Shown here piece by piece: positions 19,767-29,595 of a stretch of 64,000 bases of DNA. Each line of letters starts with the position of its first letter. Within the stretch, counting starts at the first letter, position 1. Under the pieces are notes generated by a model. It worked only from the letters and a program-made list of their open reading frames with translations. It was not told where the DNA came from and did not search any database. The position numbers were made by a program, and so were the translations under genes. The DNA lies in assembly GCA_910583695.1 (NCBI GenBank), contig CAJTZL010000003.1, positions 12,937 to 76,936 on the forward strand, given 5' to 3'. This stretch comes from an uncultured Oscillibacter sp. (GTDB lineage Bacteria; Bacillota; Clostridia; Oscillospirales; Oscillospiraceae).

Positions 19767-21032
19767 ATGACACGACTTCTGATTATCGCAGATGATTTCA
19801 CAGGCGCGCTGGATACCGGCGTCCAGTTTGCCGCCCGGGGGGCCAGGACCTGCGTGGTGACGGAGCCGGCCTATGACTTCTCCCAGGCAGGGGCGGACAT
19901 CCAGGTGCTGGTTCTGGACGCCGAGACCCGGCATCTGTGTCCGGAGGCCGCCTATCAAACGGTGTTCCGGGCAGTGCGGGAGGCGTTGGCGGCGGGGTTC
20001 CGGTACGTTTACAAAAAGACGGACTCCGCTCTCCGGGGCAACGTGGGCGCGGAGCTGACGGCGGCGCTGGAGGCCACCGGGGCGGAGCGCCTTGTCTTCC
20101 TTCCGGCCCTGCCGAAGATGAACCGCGTAACCCGTGGGGGCGTCCACTACATCGACGGCGTGCCCGTAGCGGAGAGCGTGTTTGGAAAGGACCCCTTTGA
20201 GCCGGTGCCGGCCTCCTCCGTGGCGGAGATCCTTGCCGCCCAGTCGGAGGCTCCGGTGGTGCTCCTCCGGCCGGGGGAGACGGCGAAATCCCGCCCCGGC
20301 ATCCAGGTCTACGACGCGGAGACGGAGGAGGACCTGCGGCAGACCGGCCGGGCCCTGGGCCGGGAGGGGCTGACCCTCTGCGCCGGGTGCGCTGGCTTTG
20401 CGGCGGTGCTGGCGGAGCTTCTGGAGCTGGAGGGCGTGCCTCCGGAGCCCCCCGCCCTGGTTCCCTCCCTCTTTGCGGCCTGCGGCAGCGTGAACCCGGT
20501 GACGCTGCGGCAGATGGAGGAGGCGGAGAAGGCGGGCTTCTCCCGTGTTCACCTGACCCCGGTTCAGAAGCTGGAGCCCTCCTGGCCGGAGACGGAGGAC
20601 TGCGCCGCGGCGGTCTCCTCCTGGCTGGAGGCCGCCGGGGGGGGAAAGCGCTTTATTCTGGATGTCAACGACCCGCCGGGACGGGACGATACCGCCGCCT
20701 ACGCCAGGGAGCACGGGCTGACCACCGAGGACCTGCGGGTTCGCATTTCCAGCCGGCTCGGCCAACTGGTCCGGCGGCTGCTGGACGGAGGGCTGGAGGC
20801 CACGCTGCTCTGCACCGGGGGGGACACGCTGCTGGCCCTGACCCAGGCGGTGGGCGCGGCGGAACTGCTGCCGGTGCGGGAGCTGGAGGCCGGAGCGGTG
20901 CTGACCGACTTTGTGTATCACGGGAAACCCTATCATATTATTTCAAAATCCGGCGGCTTCGGGGAGCCCGGCCTGTTTGTCAAGCTGGCTCAGTCCCTGG
21001 GCGCCGGGGAGCAGGAGGATGCGGAATGCTGA
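19767..21032 (+). CDS. four-carbon acid sugar kinase (DUF1537 family)
   Basis: IADDFTGALDTG, YKKTDSALRGN, TGGDT, KSGGFG. Confidence 0.92.
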   Translation: MTRLLIIADDFTGALDTGVQFAARGARTCVVTEPAYDFSQAGADIQVLVLDAETRHLCPEAAYQTVFRAVREALAAGFRYVYKKTDSALRGNVGAELTAALEATGAERLVFLPALPKMNRVTRGGVHYIDGVPVAESVFGKDPFEPVPASSVAEILAAQSEAPVVLLRPGETAKSRPGIQVYDAETEEDLRQTGRALGREGLTLCAGCAGFAAVLAELLELEGVPPEPPALVPSLFAACGSVNPVTLRQMEEAEKAGFSRVHLTPVQKLEPSWPETEDCAAAVSSWLEAAGGGKRFILDVNDPPGRDDTAAYAREHGLTTEDLRVRISSRLGQLVRRLLDGGLEATLLCTGGDTLLALTQAVGAAELLPVRELEAGAVLTDFVYHGKPYHIISKSGGFGEPGLFVKLAQSLGAGEQEDAEC

Positions 21033-22180
21033 CAAAGTACCAACTGAAAATGCCCCACGCCGTCTACAGCGGCGAGGACGCCTTGGGGAGAATCCCTGAG
21101 ATTTTCGCCGCCAACGGCGTGAAGCGCCTGGTGGTCTTCACGGACAAGGGCATCGAGGGAGCGGGACTGCTGGACTTCCCCATGGCGAAGGTCCGGGAAA
21201 CCGGCGTGGAGACCGTGATTCTGGACGACCTTCCGGCGGAGCCCTCGTACCTGGAGGCCCAGAAGCTGGTGGACCAGTGCAGGGAGTGCGGGGCGGACTT
21301 CATCATGGCCGCAGGCGGCGGAAGCGTCATGGACACGGCCAAGCTGGCCAGCATCCTGATGACCGACGAATACGGGATCAAGGAGCTGCTGGACGAGCCG
21401 GGCCGGGCCAGGAAGTGTATGAAGACCCTGATGATTCCCACCACGGCGGGCACCGGGTCCGAGGCCACCCCCAACGCCATTGTGGCCGTGCCGGAAAAGC
21501 AGCTGAAGGTGGGCATCGTCAACGCGGAAATGATTGCGGACTATGTGATTCTGGACGCGGTGATGATCAAGAAGCTGCCCCGGAAAATTGCCGCCGCCAC
21601 CGGGGTGGATGCCCTGGCCCACGCTATCGAGTGCTTCACCAGCAGCAAGGCCAACCCTTTCAGCGACCTCTTCGCCCTCCAGGCCCTGGATATGATCCTG
21701 AACAACATCGAGCGGGCCTGCGACGCCCCGGAGGCCATGGACGCCAAGAACACCATGCTCCTGGCCAGCTTCTACGCCGGAGTCGCCATCACCGCTTCCG
21801 GCACCACCGCTGTCCACGCCCTGAGCTATCCCCTGGGCGGCAAGTACCACATTGCCCACGGCGTGTCCAACGCCATCCTGCTGGCTCCCGTCATGCGCTT
21901 TAACGAGCCCGCCTGCCGCTCCCTGCTGGCAAAGGCCTATGACCGCTGCATGAAGGGAGACGCCCGGACGGAGGAGGAGAAGAGCGCCGCCGTCATCCAG
22001 CGCCTGGAGGGCATCGTGAAGCATCTGGACATCCCCACCAGCCTCACGGAGTTCGGCGTGCCCAAGGAGGACCTGGAGGACCTGGTGGCCTCGGGCATGG
22101 AGGTGACGCGGCTGCTGGTGAACAACCTGCGCCCGGTCACGGCGGAAGACGCCCGGAAGATCTATCAGGAAGTTCTGTAA
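21026..22180 (+). CDS. iron-containing alcohol dehydrogenase
   Basis: GGGSVMD, PTTAGTGSE, DALAHAIE, HALSY, HGVSNA. Confidence 0.93.
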   Translation: MLTKYQLKMPHAVYSGEDALGRIPEIFAANGVKRLVVFTDKGIEGAGLLDFPMAKVRETGVETVILDDLPAEPSYLEAQKLVDQCRECGADFIMAAGGGSVMDTAKLASILMTDEYGIKELLDEPGRARKCMKTLMIPTTAGTGSEATPNAIVAVPEKQLKVGIVNAEMIADYVILDAVMIKKLPRKIAAATGVDALAHAIECFTSSKANPFSDLFALQALDMILNNIERACDAPEAMDAKNTMLLASFYAGVAITASGTTAVHALSYPLGGKYHIAHGVSNAILLAPVMRFNEPACRSLLAKAYDRCMKGDARTEEEKSAAVIQRLEGIVKHLDIPTSLTEFGVPKEDLEDLVASGMEVTRLLVNNLRPVTAEDARKIYQEVL

Positions 22181-22206
22181 CGGAATTTTATAAGGAGCGT
22201 GTCTGT

Positions 22207-23112
22207 ATGAAGCAGCTTGCAATCAAGGGCATCATTCCCCCGGTCATCACGCCCATGAACCCCGAGGACGAAAGCGTCAATCTCTCCGAGCTCCGCAGCC
22301 AGATTGAGCGGCAGATCGCCGGGGGCGTCCACGGCATTTTCCCCTTCGGCACCAACGGCGAGGCGTATATCCTCAGCCTGAAGGAGAAGGAGGAGATTCT
22401 GGAGGCCACGGTGGATCAGGTGAAGGGCCGCATTCCCGTCTACGCCGGAACCGGCTGCATCTCCACCCGGGATACCGTCTACCTGAGCAAGCGGGCGGAG
22501 GCCCTGGGGGCGGACGCCCTGTCCATCATCACTCCCAGCTTCGCCCTGGCCAGCCAGAAGGAGCTGTATGACCACTACTGTGAGGTGGCCCGGCATGTGA
22601 ACATCCCCATCGTGCTCTACAACATCCCCGCCCGGACGGGGAACAAGCTCCTGCCGGAAACCGTGGCGAAGCTGGCCAAGGATGTAGACGTCATCCTGGG
22701 GGCCAAGGACTCCAGCGGCGACCTGGAGAACCTGAAAGCCTATATCGCCCTCACCCGGGACATCGGCAAGGACTTCGCCGTTCTGGCGGGGAACGACGGG
22801 AATATCCTGAACTGCCTGAAGGCGGGCGGAGCCGGCGGCGTGGCGGGCCGGGCCAATCTGTGGCCCGGGACCATCGCTTCCATCTACGACTGCTTTATGG
22901 CCGGTGACCTGGAGAAGGCCCAGGAGGCCCAGGACGCCATTACGGCCCTCCAGCGGGTGTTCCGGTTCGGCAACCCCAATACCATCATCAAAAAGGCCGT
23001 GGCCCTGATGGGCTACCCCGTGGGTGACTGCCGCAGGCCCTTTCACTACCTCTGCGAGGAGGGGATTGCGGAGCTGAAAAAGGTGCTGGATGAGACCAGA
23101 CACCTTAGCTGA
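22207..23112 (+). CDS. DapA/NAL family aldolase or dehydratase
   Basis: GTNGE (not GTTGE), LYNIPARTG, KDSSG; catabolic context. Confidence 0.9.
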   Translation: MKQLAIKGIIPPVITPMNPEDESVNLSELRSQIERQIAGGVHGIFPFGTNGEAYILSLKEKEEILEATVDQVKGRIPVYAGTGCISTRDTVYLSKRAEALGADALSIITPSFALASQKELYDHYCEVARHVNIPIVLYNIPARTGNKLLPETVAKLAKDVDVILGAKDSSGDLENLKAYIALTRDIGKDFAVLAGNDGNILNCLKAGGAGGVAGRANLWPGTIASIYDCFMAGDLEKAQEAQDAITALQRVFRFGNPNTIIKKAVALMGYPVGDCRRPFHYLCEEGIAELKKVLDETRHLS

Positions 23113-23134
23113 TACTATGCAAGGAGGAGTATAT

Positions 23135-24214
23135 ATGAACAAACCGATTCTGGGCATCACCATGGGAGACCCTTTCGGCAACGGCCCTGAAATCACCGTC
23201 AAGGCCCTGGCGGACAAAACGGTTTACGACCGCTGCCGCCCCCTGGTGGTGGGGGACGCCGCCGCTATGGAGTACGCCGCCAAGGCGGCCAAAACGGTCT
23301 CCGGCATCGACATGAAAATCCGGAGCATCCGGGCCGTCGGCGAGGCGAAGTATGAATACGGCGTCATCGACGTGTACGACCTGGGCCTCCTCAAGGCCTC
23401 CGACATCCCCGGCGACCCGGAAAACCCCAGGCCCTTCGGCCTGGGAGCCACGGCTCTGGGCGGCGAGGCGGCCTTCCAGTACGTGAAGAAGGTCATTGAG
23501 CTGGCAATGAGCGGGGAAGTGGATGCCACAGTCACCAACGCCCTGAGCAAGGAAGCCATCAACATGGCGGACCACCACTACAGCGGCCACACGGAAATCT
23601 ACGCCGACTACACAAAAACCTCCAAGTACACCATGATGCTGGCCCACGAGGAGCTCCGGGTGGTCCACGTCTCCACCCACGTCTCCCTCCGGGAGGCCTG
23701 CGACCGGGTGAAGAAGGACCGGGTGCTGGACGTGATCCGCATCGCCAACCAGGGCTGCAAGGCCATTGGAATCCGAGAGCCCAAAATCGCGGTGGCGGGC
23801 CTGAATCCCCACTGCGGCGAAAACGGCATGTTCGGCCGGGAGGAAATCGAGGAGATCCAGCCCGCCATTGACGCCGCCATGGCCGAGGGCATCCTCATCC
23901 CCGAGAAGAAGCCCACCCCGCCGGACACCGTCTTCTCCAAGGCGCTGGGCGGCTGGTACGACATCGTCGTGGTCATGTACCACGACCAGGGCCACATCCC
24001 CCTGAAGGTCAAGGGCTTCGTCTATAACAAGGCCGAGGGGCACTGGGACGCCGTGGCCGGGGTGAACGTCACCCTGGGCCTGCCCATCATCCGGGCCAGC
24101 GTGGACCACGGAACCGGCTTTGGACACGCGGGAGACGGACACGCCAACGAGCTCAGTCTGGTGAACGCCATGGACTATGGAATCCGCATGGCCAACGCCA
24201 GGACGGAGAAGTGA
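23135..24214 (+). CDS. pdxA: PdxA2-type 4-phospho-acid-sugar dehydrogenase
   Basis: ITMGDP, GHTE, GLNPH, MYHDQG, SVDHGT. Confidence 0.92.
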   Translation: MNKPILGITMGDPFGNGPEITVKALADKTVYDRCRPLVVGDAAAMEYAAKAAKTVSGIDMKIRSIRAVGEAKYEYGVIDVYDLGLLKASDIPGDPENPRPFGLGATALGGEAAFQYVKKVIELAMSGEVDATVTNALSKEAINMADHHYSGHTEIYADYTKTSKYTMMLAHEELRVVHVSTHVSLREACDRVKKDRVLDVIRIANQGCKAIGIREPKIAVAGLNPHCGENGMFGREEIEEIQPAIDAAMAEGILIPEKKPTPPDTVFSKALGGWYDIVVVMYHDQGHIPLKVKGFVYNKAEGHWDAVAGVNVTLGLPIIRASVDHGTGFGHAGDGHANELSLVNAMDYGIRMANARTEK

Positions 24215-24239
24215 CCGGCGGAAAAGGGGGAAGCAACCT

Positions 24240-25241
24240 ATGAAAGTGACCATGACGGAGGCGATCTGCCGGGAGGGCATGGCTCTGCTGGAGGGAAACG
24301 CCGAAATCTTTGTGGCCCATGACGCCCATCCCCACCACTACCTGAACCAGCTGAGGGACTCCGACGCCTTCATCGTCCGGGTGGCCGACAAGGGAGCCGT
24401 GGACCGGGCGGTGATGGAGTCCAGCCCGGCGCTGAAGGTCATCGGCCGCACGGGCATCGGCTATGACAGCGTGGATGTGGAAGCCGCCACGGAGCTGGGC
24501 ATCCCTGTGGTCATTACGCCGGGAGCCAACAACCGCAGTGTGGCGGAGCACGCCGTGGCACTGATGCTGGCCCTCTCCAAGAACATGGTGGAAAGCGACG
24601 TGGAACAGCGCAGGGGCAGCTGGAAGATCCGGGATGCCGGGAAGGCCTTCGAGGTGGAGGAGAAGACCTGTCTCATCATCGGCCTGGGCACCATCGGCAG
24701 AATCATTGCCCGCCTCTGCCGGGGGCTGGACATGCGGGTCATCGGCTTCGACGCCTTCCTCTCCAAAGAGCAGATGGCGGAGCTGGGGGTGGAGAAATAC
24801 GACGACAAGCTGGAGGCCCTCCGGGCCGCCGACGTGGTCATCGTCCAGATGCCCCTCATTGAAGGCGTCACCAGCAACACGATTGCAAAAGCGGAACTGG
24901 ACGCCATGAAGCCTACCGCCGTCCTCATCAATTGCAGCCGGGGCGAACTCGTCAACGAGCCGGACCTCTGCGACGCGCTGAAGCGCGGGAGCATCGCCGG
25001 GGCGGGCCTGGACGTGTTCTGGAACGAGCCTACCCATACGGACGACGAGATTCTCCACTGCCCCAACGTCATTGTCAGCCCCCACAGCGCGGCCCAGACC
25101 CGGGAGGCCGTCATCAAGATGGCGGCCATGTGCGTGAAGGGCTGTCTGGCGGTAGCGGAGGGGAAAAAGTGGCCCTATGTGGCGGACAAGGCCGTCTATG
25201 ACCATCCCAAATGGGCTGGGAAAGCGTGGGCGGAGGAATAA
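24240..25241 (+). CDS. D-isomer-specific 2-hydroxyacid dehydrogenase
   Basis: GIGYDSVD, VAEH, GLGTIG, NCSRG, GLDVF, SPHSA. Confidence 0.92.
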   Translation: MKVTMTEAICREGMALLEGNAEIFVAHDAHPHHYLNQLRDSDAFIVRVADKGAVDRAVMESSPALKVIGRTGIGYDSVDVEAATELGIPVVITPGANNRSVAEHAVALMLALSKNMVESDVEQRRGSWKIRDAGKAFEVEEKTCLIIGLGTIGRIIARLCRGLDMRVIGFDAFLSKEQMAELGVEKYDDKLEALRAADVVIVQMPLIEGVTSNTIAKAELDAMKPTAVLINCSRGELVNEPDLCDALKRGSIAGAGLDVFWNEPTHTDDEILHCPNVIVSPHSAAQTREAVIKMAAMCVKGCLAVAEGKKWPYVADKAVYDHPKWAGKAWAEE

Positions 25242-25314
25242 GCCCCAGGTCTTTTATCCGGCTCTGTCGGAGAAGAAATACACCATTCTGACTGTAAAGA
25301 AAGGAAGACTCGAC

Positions 25315-26400
25315 ATGAAAAAGGTATTTGCTATGCTCCTTGCACTGGCGATGATGTTTAGCCTGGCCGCCTGCGGCGGCGAAACCGGCCAAGGCCAGGA
25401 TTCCTCCGCCAATCCCCCGGCGCAGAGCGCCGACGGCGATAAATCCGGCGACGGCGCCGCCCCGGCCGGGGATGCGCAGTATGTCATCAAGCTCTGCCAC
25501 GAGCAGGTGGACGGCGACCCCATTGACGACGGCTGCGACAAATGGGCCGAGCTGGTGGCCGAAAGGACCAACGGCGCAGTGACCATTGAGGTCTATCCCT
25601 CCAGCCAGCTGGGTGTCAAGGCGGACCTCATTGAGATGATGCTGATGGGGCAGAACGTCTGCACCATCGCCGACGGCTCCTACCTGATGGACTATGTGCC
25701 CGATTTCGGCGTGGTCATGGGGCCCTTCCTCTTCACCGACTGGGCGGCCATGGAGAAGATTACCGCCAGCGACTGGTGGGCGCAGCAGGCGGAGCTCCTT
25801 CGGGGCGAGGGCTTGGAGATTATCTCCACCAACTGGATCTACGGCGAGCGTCAGCTGATGACCAAGAGCCCCGTCACCTCCCTGGCGGACATCAAGGGAC
25901 AGAAAATCCGCGTACCTAACAACGACATCTCGGTAACCATGTTCAACAACCTGGGCGCGGCCTCCACGCCCATGGCCCTGAGCGACGTGTACACCAGCCT
26001 TCAGACCGGAGTGGTGGACGGCGTTGAGAACCCTCTGACCACCCTGTACAACAATGCGTTCCAGGAGGTCTGCAAAAACGTCACCATGACCAACCACCAG
26101 ATGACCTTCTCCAACTTCATTGTGGGGGCCGACTTCTGGAACACCATTCCCGCGGAGCACCAGCAGACTATTCTGGACTGCGGTGCAGAGGCGGCCCTGT
26201 ACAACAACGAGCTCTATCAGAAAGTGAGCCAGGACATGCAGAAGGCCCTTGAAGACGCCGGCTGCACCATCTACACCCTGGACGACGCCGCCCTGGAGGA
26301 GTTCAAGGCCGCCAGTGTGCAGCTCTACCGGGACTATGAGTCCAGCGGCACCTGGACGACCGGCGTGTACGACCAGATTCAATCCATCATCAACGGCTGA
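25315..26400 (+). CDS. dctP: TRAP transporter solute-binding lipoprotein
   Basis: Lipobox LAAC, YPSSQLG, KIRVP, VYTSLQTGVVDGVEN. Confidence 0.92.
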   Translation: MKKVFAMLLALAMMFSLAACGGETGQGQDSSANPPAQSADGDKSGDGAAPAGDAQYVIKLCHEQVDGDPIDDGCDKWAELVAERTNGAVTIEVYPSSQLGVKADLIEMMLMGQNVCTIADGSYLMDYVPDFGVVMGPFLFTDWAAMEKITASDWWAQQAELLRGEGLEIISTNWIYGERQLMTKSPVTSLADIKGQKIRVPNNDISVTMFNNLGAASTPMALSDVYTSLQTGVVDGVENPLTTLYNNAFQEVCKNVTMTNHQMTFSNFIVGADFWNTIPAEHQQTILDCGAEAALYNNELYQKVSQDMQKALEDAGCTIYTLDDAALEEFKAASVQLYRDYESSGTWTTGVYDQIQSIING

Positions 26401-26501
26401 CCGTTTAAGACGCCGCAGGGGGGCCGCCGGCCGCCCCGGACGGTACAGAAGTCCGGCCCCGCCCATACATTGGGCGGGGCCGGTGTAAAAGGAGAGCAGC
26501 T

Positions 26502-26996
26502 ATGAAAAAATTCAGGAGCTTCCTCGCAAACCTGGACGCCATCGTATCCGGCGCGGCGCTGTGCGCCATTGTGCTGATGACGGTAGCCGGCGTGATTATG
26601 CGCAAGGCGGTGGGCCAGCCCTTTGCATGGCTGGAAGAGATGCAGGTTTTCTTCTTCGTGTGGACCATCTTCCTGGGCGGTAGCGTGGCCTTCCGCACCG
26701 GCGGGCAGGTGAGCATTGACCTGATCGCCGCCCGGCTGAACCCCGGTGCCCGGCGCGTGCTGGACGTGTTCTGCTATGTGGTGGCCATGGTGGTCCTGGT
26801 CTATCTCTGCAAGGGCGGCGTCGACCTCACCCGGTCGGTCACAAAGAAGGTGACGCCCTTTTTCAAAATCAGCTATTCCTACATTGACGCCGCGGCCCCC
26901 ATCGGCTGCGTGCTGATGATGATACAGTATACCTTTGTCATATTCCAGGAGCTGTTCGGAAAGAAAGAGACGGAAGCGAAAGGAGGGGTGAGCTAA
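26502..26996 (+). CDS. dctQ: TRAP transporter small permease
   Basis: Four TMs, WLEE; lies between dctP and dctM. Confidence 0.88.
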   Translation: MKKFRSFLANLDAIVSGAALCAIVLMTVAGVIMRKAVGQPFAWLEEMQVFFFVWTIFLGGSVAFRTGGQVSIDLIAARLNPGARRVLDVFCYVVAMVVLVYLCKGGVDLTRSVTKKVTPFFKISYSYIDAAAPIGCVLMMIQYTFVIFQELFGKKETEAKGGVS

Positions 26997-28294
26997 TGTC
27001 CCCGATTGCCATTGCGGCCATTGTCATGCTGGTGCTGCTGTTTTTGAACGTCCCGGTATTCGCCTCCGTAACCGGCGCCTGTGTCGTATACGCCCTGGCG
27101 AACCCCGCCTCCGGTATCAGCGCCATGCTGGCCGTCCAGCGGGAGATCAGCGGCATGCAGTCCGTGACGATGCTGGCCATTCCCTTCTTTGTGGCCACGG
27201 GCGCGCTGATGAACTACTGCGGCATCACGGAGCGGATGCTGCGGTTCTGCAAGGTGCTCACCGGGCATATGTTCGGCGGTCTGGGACAGGTGAACATCGT
27301 CCTGTCCACCCTGATGGGCGGCATGTCCGGCTCCTCCCTGGCGGACGCGGCCATGGAGGCCAAGCTCCTGGTGCCCGACATGCGCAAATCCGGCTATCCC
27401 AACGGCTTTGCCTCCGCCATTACCGCCGCCTCCTCCATGATCACGCCCCTGATTCCCCCGGGAATCGCCGCCATCATTTACGGCTCCATTACCAACACTT
27501 CTATCGGCCGCCTGTTTGTGGCGGGTATCGTTCCCGCCGTGATTTTGTGTCTGGCCATGATGCTGGTGGTGTCTCGCTACTCCAAGAGCCACGGCATCCC
27601 CCGTCTGCGGGAGACCCGGGCCGGTGGTGCGGAACTGTGGGCGGCCTTCAAGCCCGCCATCCTGCCCCTGTGCCTGCCCGTCATCATCATCGGCGGCATC
27701 CGCCTGAGCTTTTTCACCCCCACGGAAGCGGGCGCCATCGCCATTTTCTATGCATTGCTGCTGGGCATTATTTACAAGGAGATTCGGCTGGACAACATTT
27801 TATCCTGCATCAGGGAAACGGTAGCCACCACCGCTTCCATCATGCTGATTGTAGGGGCGGCCACCTGCTTCTCCTGGATTCTCACCTGGGAGAACATTCC
27901 CCAGAACATGACGTCCTTCCTCATCTCCCTGTGCCACAACAAGTACCTCTTCCTCCTGCTGGTGAATCTCTTTTTGCTGATGGTGGGCATGTTCATTGAG
28001 GCCACCGCCGCGCAGATCGTTCTGGCCCCCATGCTGGCCCCGGTAGCCATGGCCTTCGGCATTGATCCCGTCCATTTCGGCATGGTGTTCATCTTCAATA
28101 TGGCCATCGGCTCCATCACGCCGCCCATGGGCAATCTGATGTTCGTGACCTGCGGTGTGACCAAGTGTACCACGGAGGAATTTATCAAGGACTGCCGGGT
28201 GTTTTACGTCCTGCTGTTCGGCATGCTGATGCTGATGAGCTATGTGCCCTTTGTCAGCACCTGGCTGCCCAATCTGATCTACGGAGGAGGCTGA
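26996..28294 (+). CDS. dctM: TRAP transporter large permease
   Basis: LAIPFF, GMSGSSLADAA, LIPP, TPTEAG, DPVHFG, TPPMG. Confidence 0.93.
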   Translation: MSPIAIAAIVMLVLLFLNVPVFASVTGACVVYALANPASGISAMLAVQREISGMQSVTMLAIPFFVATGALMNYCGITERMLRFCKVLTGHMFGGLGQVNIVLSTLMGGMSGSSLADAAMEAKLLVPDMRKSGYPNGFASAITAASSMITPLIPPGIAAIIYGSITNTSIGRLFVAGIVPAVILCLAMMLVVSRYSKSHGIPRLRETRAGGAELWAAFKPAILPLCLPVIIIGGIRLSFFTPTEAGAIAIFYALLLGIIYKEIRLDNILSCIRETVATTASIMLIVGAATCFSWILTWENIPQNMTSFLISLCHNKYLFLLLVNLFLLMVGMFIEATAAQIVLAPMLAPVAMAFGIDPVHFGMVFIFNMAIGSITPPMGNLMFVTCGVTKCTTEEFIKDCRVFYVLLFGMLMLMSYVPFVSTWLPNLIYGGG

Positions 28295-28297
28295 GCC

Positions 28298-29275
28298 ATG
28301 GGGATGATACGGACGGTCCTGGGCGACATTCCCCCGGAGGAAATCGGCGTCACCGACAGCCACGACCATCTGATTCGCAGCGGCGGGCCGGAGGTAAAGC
28401 AGGACCCCGCCTTCCTGATGGACGACCTGGACGCCGCCAAGCGGGAATTTGCCGCCTTTTTGAAGGCGGGCGGCCGGACCATGGTCTGCATGGACCCCAT
28501 TGGCTGCGGGCGGAACGTCCCAAAGATGCTGGAGCTGGCGGAGTCCTTCCGGGGACGGGGCCATATCCTGATGACCACGGGTTTTCAGAAGGGTTCGCTG
28601 TATGATCCCCGCACCTCCTTCCTGGCCACGGTGGAGACAGAGAAGGTGGCTGCCCTGATGACGGCCGAGATCACCGAGGGCATGGACCGCCACAGCTACA
28701 ACGGCCCGGTGGTGGAGCGCCTTCCGGCGAAGGCGGGACTCATCAAGGCGGGAACCAGCACCCGGCTCATCACCCCGCTGGAGGAAAAGGCTCTCAAGGT
28801 GGCGGCCCTGACCCAGAGGGAAACGGGCTGCCCCATCTCCCTCCACACGGACCAAGGCACCATGTGCCCGGAAATTCTGGATATTCTGGAGGAGAACGGG
28901 GCCTGCCTGGAGCATACGGTTCTGTGCCATGTCCAGAGGAATCCTGACCGCTATTACTACAAGACGCTGCTGGACCGAGGCGCCAACCTCTGCTTCGACG
29001 AGCCTAACAAGCCCCATTACCGCCCGGACACGGAAATTGCAGAAAACCTCCTCTGGCTGGTGGAGCAGGGCTATCAGAAGCAGCTTCTGCTGGGGATGGA
29101 CGCCGGCCGGATAGAGGGGCTGGGAAGCTATATGGAGCCCCGGGGCCGGGCCAACGGCCTGGACTATATGCTTACGCGTTTCGTACCGGTGATGAAGTGG
29201 GTGGGGGTGTGCGATGCTGCCATCCACGCGATTTTGGAGGAGAATCCCGCCCGGGTTTTCTCCATCTGGGACTGA
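28298..29275 (+). CDS. phosphotriesterase-family metallohydrolase (probable lactonase)
   Basis: IRTVLGDI, HDH metal motif, IKAG, LHT, CH, GMD. Confidence 0.88.
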   Translation: MGMIRTVLGDIPPEEIGVTDSHDHLIRSGGPEVKQDPAFLMDDLDAAKREFAAFLKAGGRTMVCMDPIGCGRNVPKMLELAESFRGRGHILMTTGFQKGSLYDPRTSFLATVETEKVAALMTAEITEGMDRHSYNGPVVERLPAKAGLIKAGTSTRLITPLEEKALKVAALTQRETGCPISLHTDQGTMCPEILDILEENGACLEHTVLCHVQRNPDRYYYKTLLDRGANLCFDEPNKPHYRPDTEIAENLLWLVEQGYQKQLLLGMDAGRIEGLGSYMEPRGRANGLDYMLTRFVPVMKWVGVCDAAIHAILEENPARVFSIWD

Positions 29276-29280
29276 GGCGC

Positions 29281-29322
29281 AAAACGGCTGCCAATGGCAT
29301 TTTGCCATTGACAGCCGTTTTT
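29281..29322 (+). terminator. intrinsic terminator
   Basis: AAAACGGCTGCCAATGGCA-loop-TGCCATTGACAGCCGTTTTT. Confidence 0.8.
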
Positions 29323-29595
29323 CCCCACAATTCGGATTTTATTCCGCTCTTTGCGATTTCCGTTAAAGGTCATCACATGCTCCCCCTCTGCGTTCGGAAT
29401 CGGTCCACTCCGGGCGCGGGACAAAACGGACAGCCGCAGGGGGCCGTCGGCGTCCTGCGGCTGTCCGTCAATGGAGGGGCTCTGTCCCGAAACAATGCCG
29501 GGCGGCCCGCTGGAAGGGAGCGGTCTCCCCTGTCCAGCCGCCGGCGGATCCTTTCAAATCCGGGCGGCGGGGAGACGAAATTTCCGCCGCTCTGC

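Noticed and set aside
22207-24214. Lysine (dapA) and vitamin B6 (pdxA) biosynthesis
   Set aside because: The context with a DUF1537 kinase and TRAP transporter indicates catabolic paralogs.
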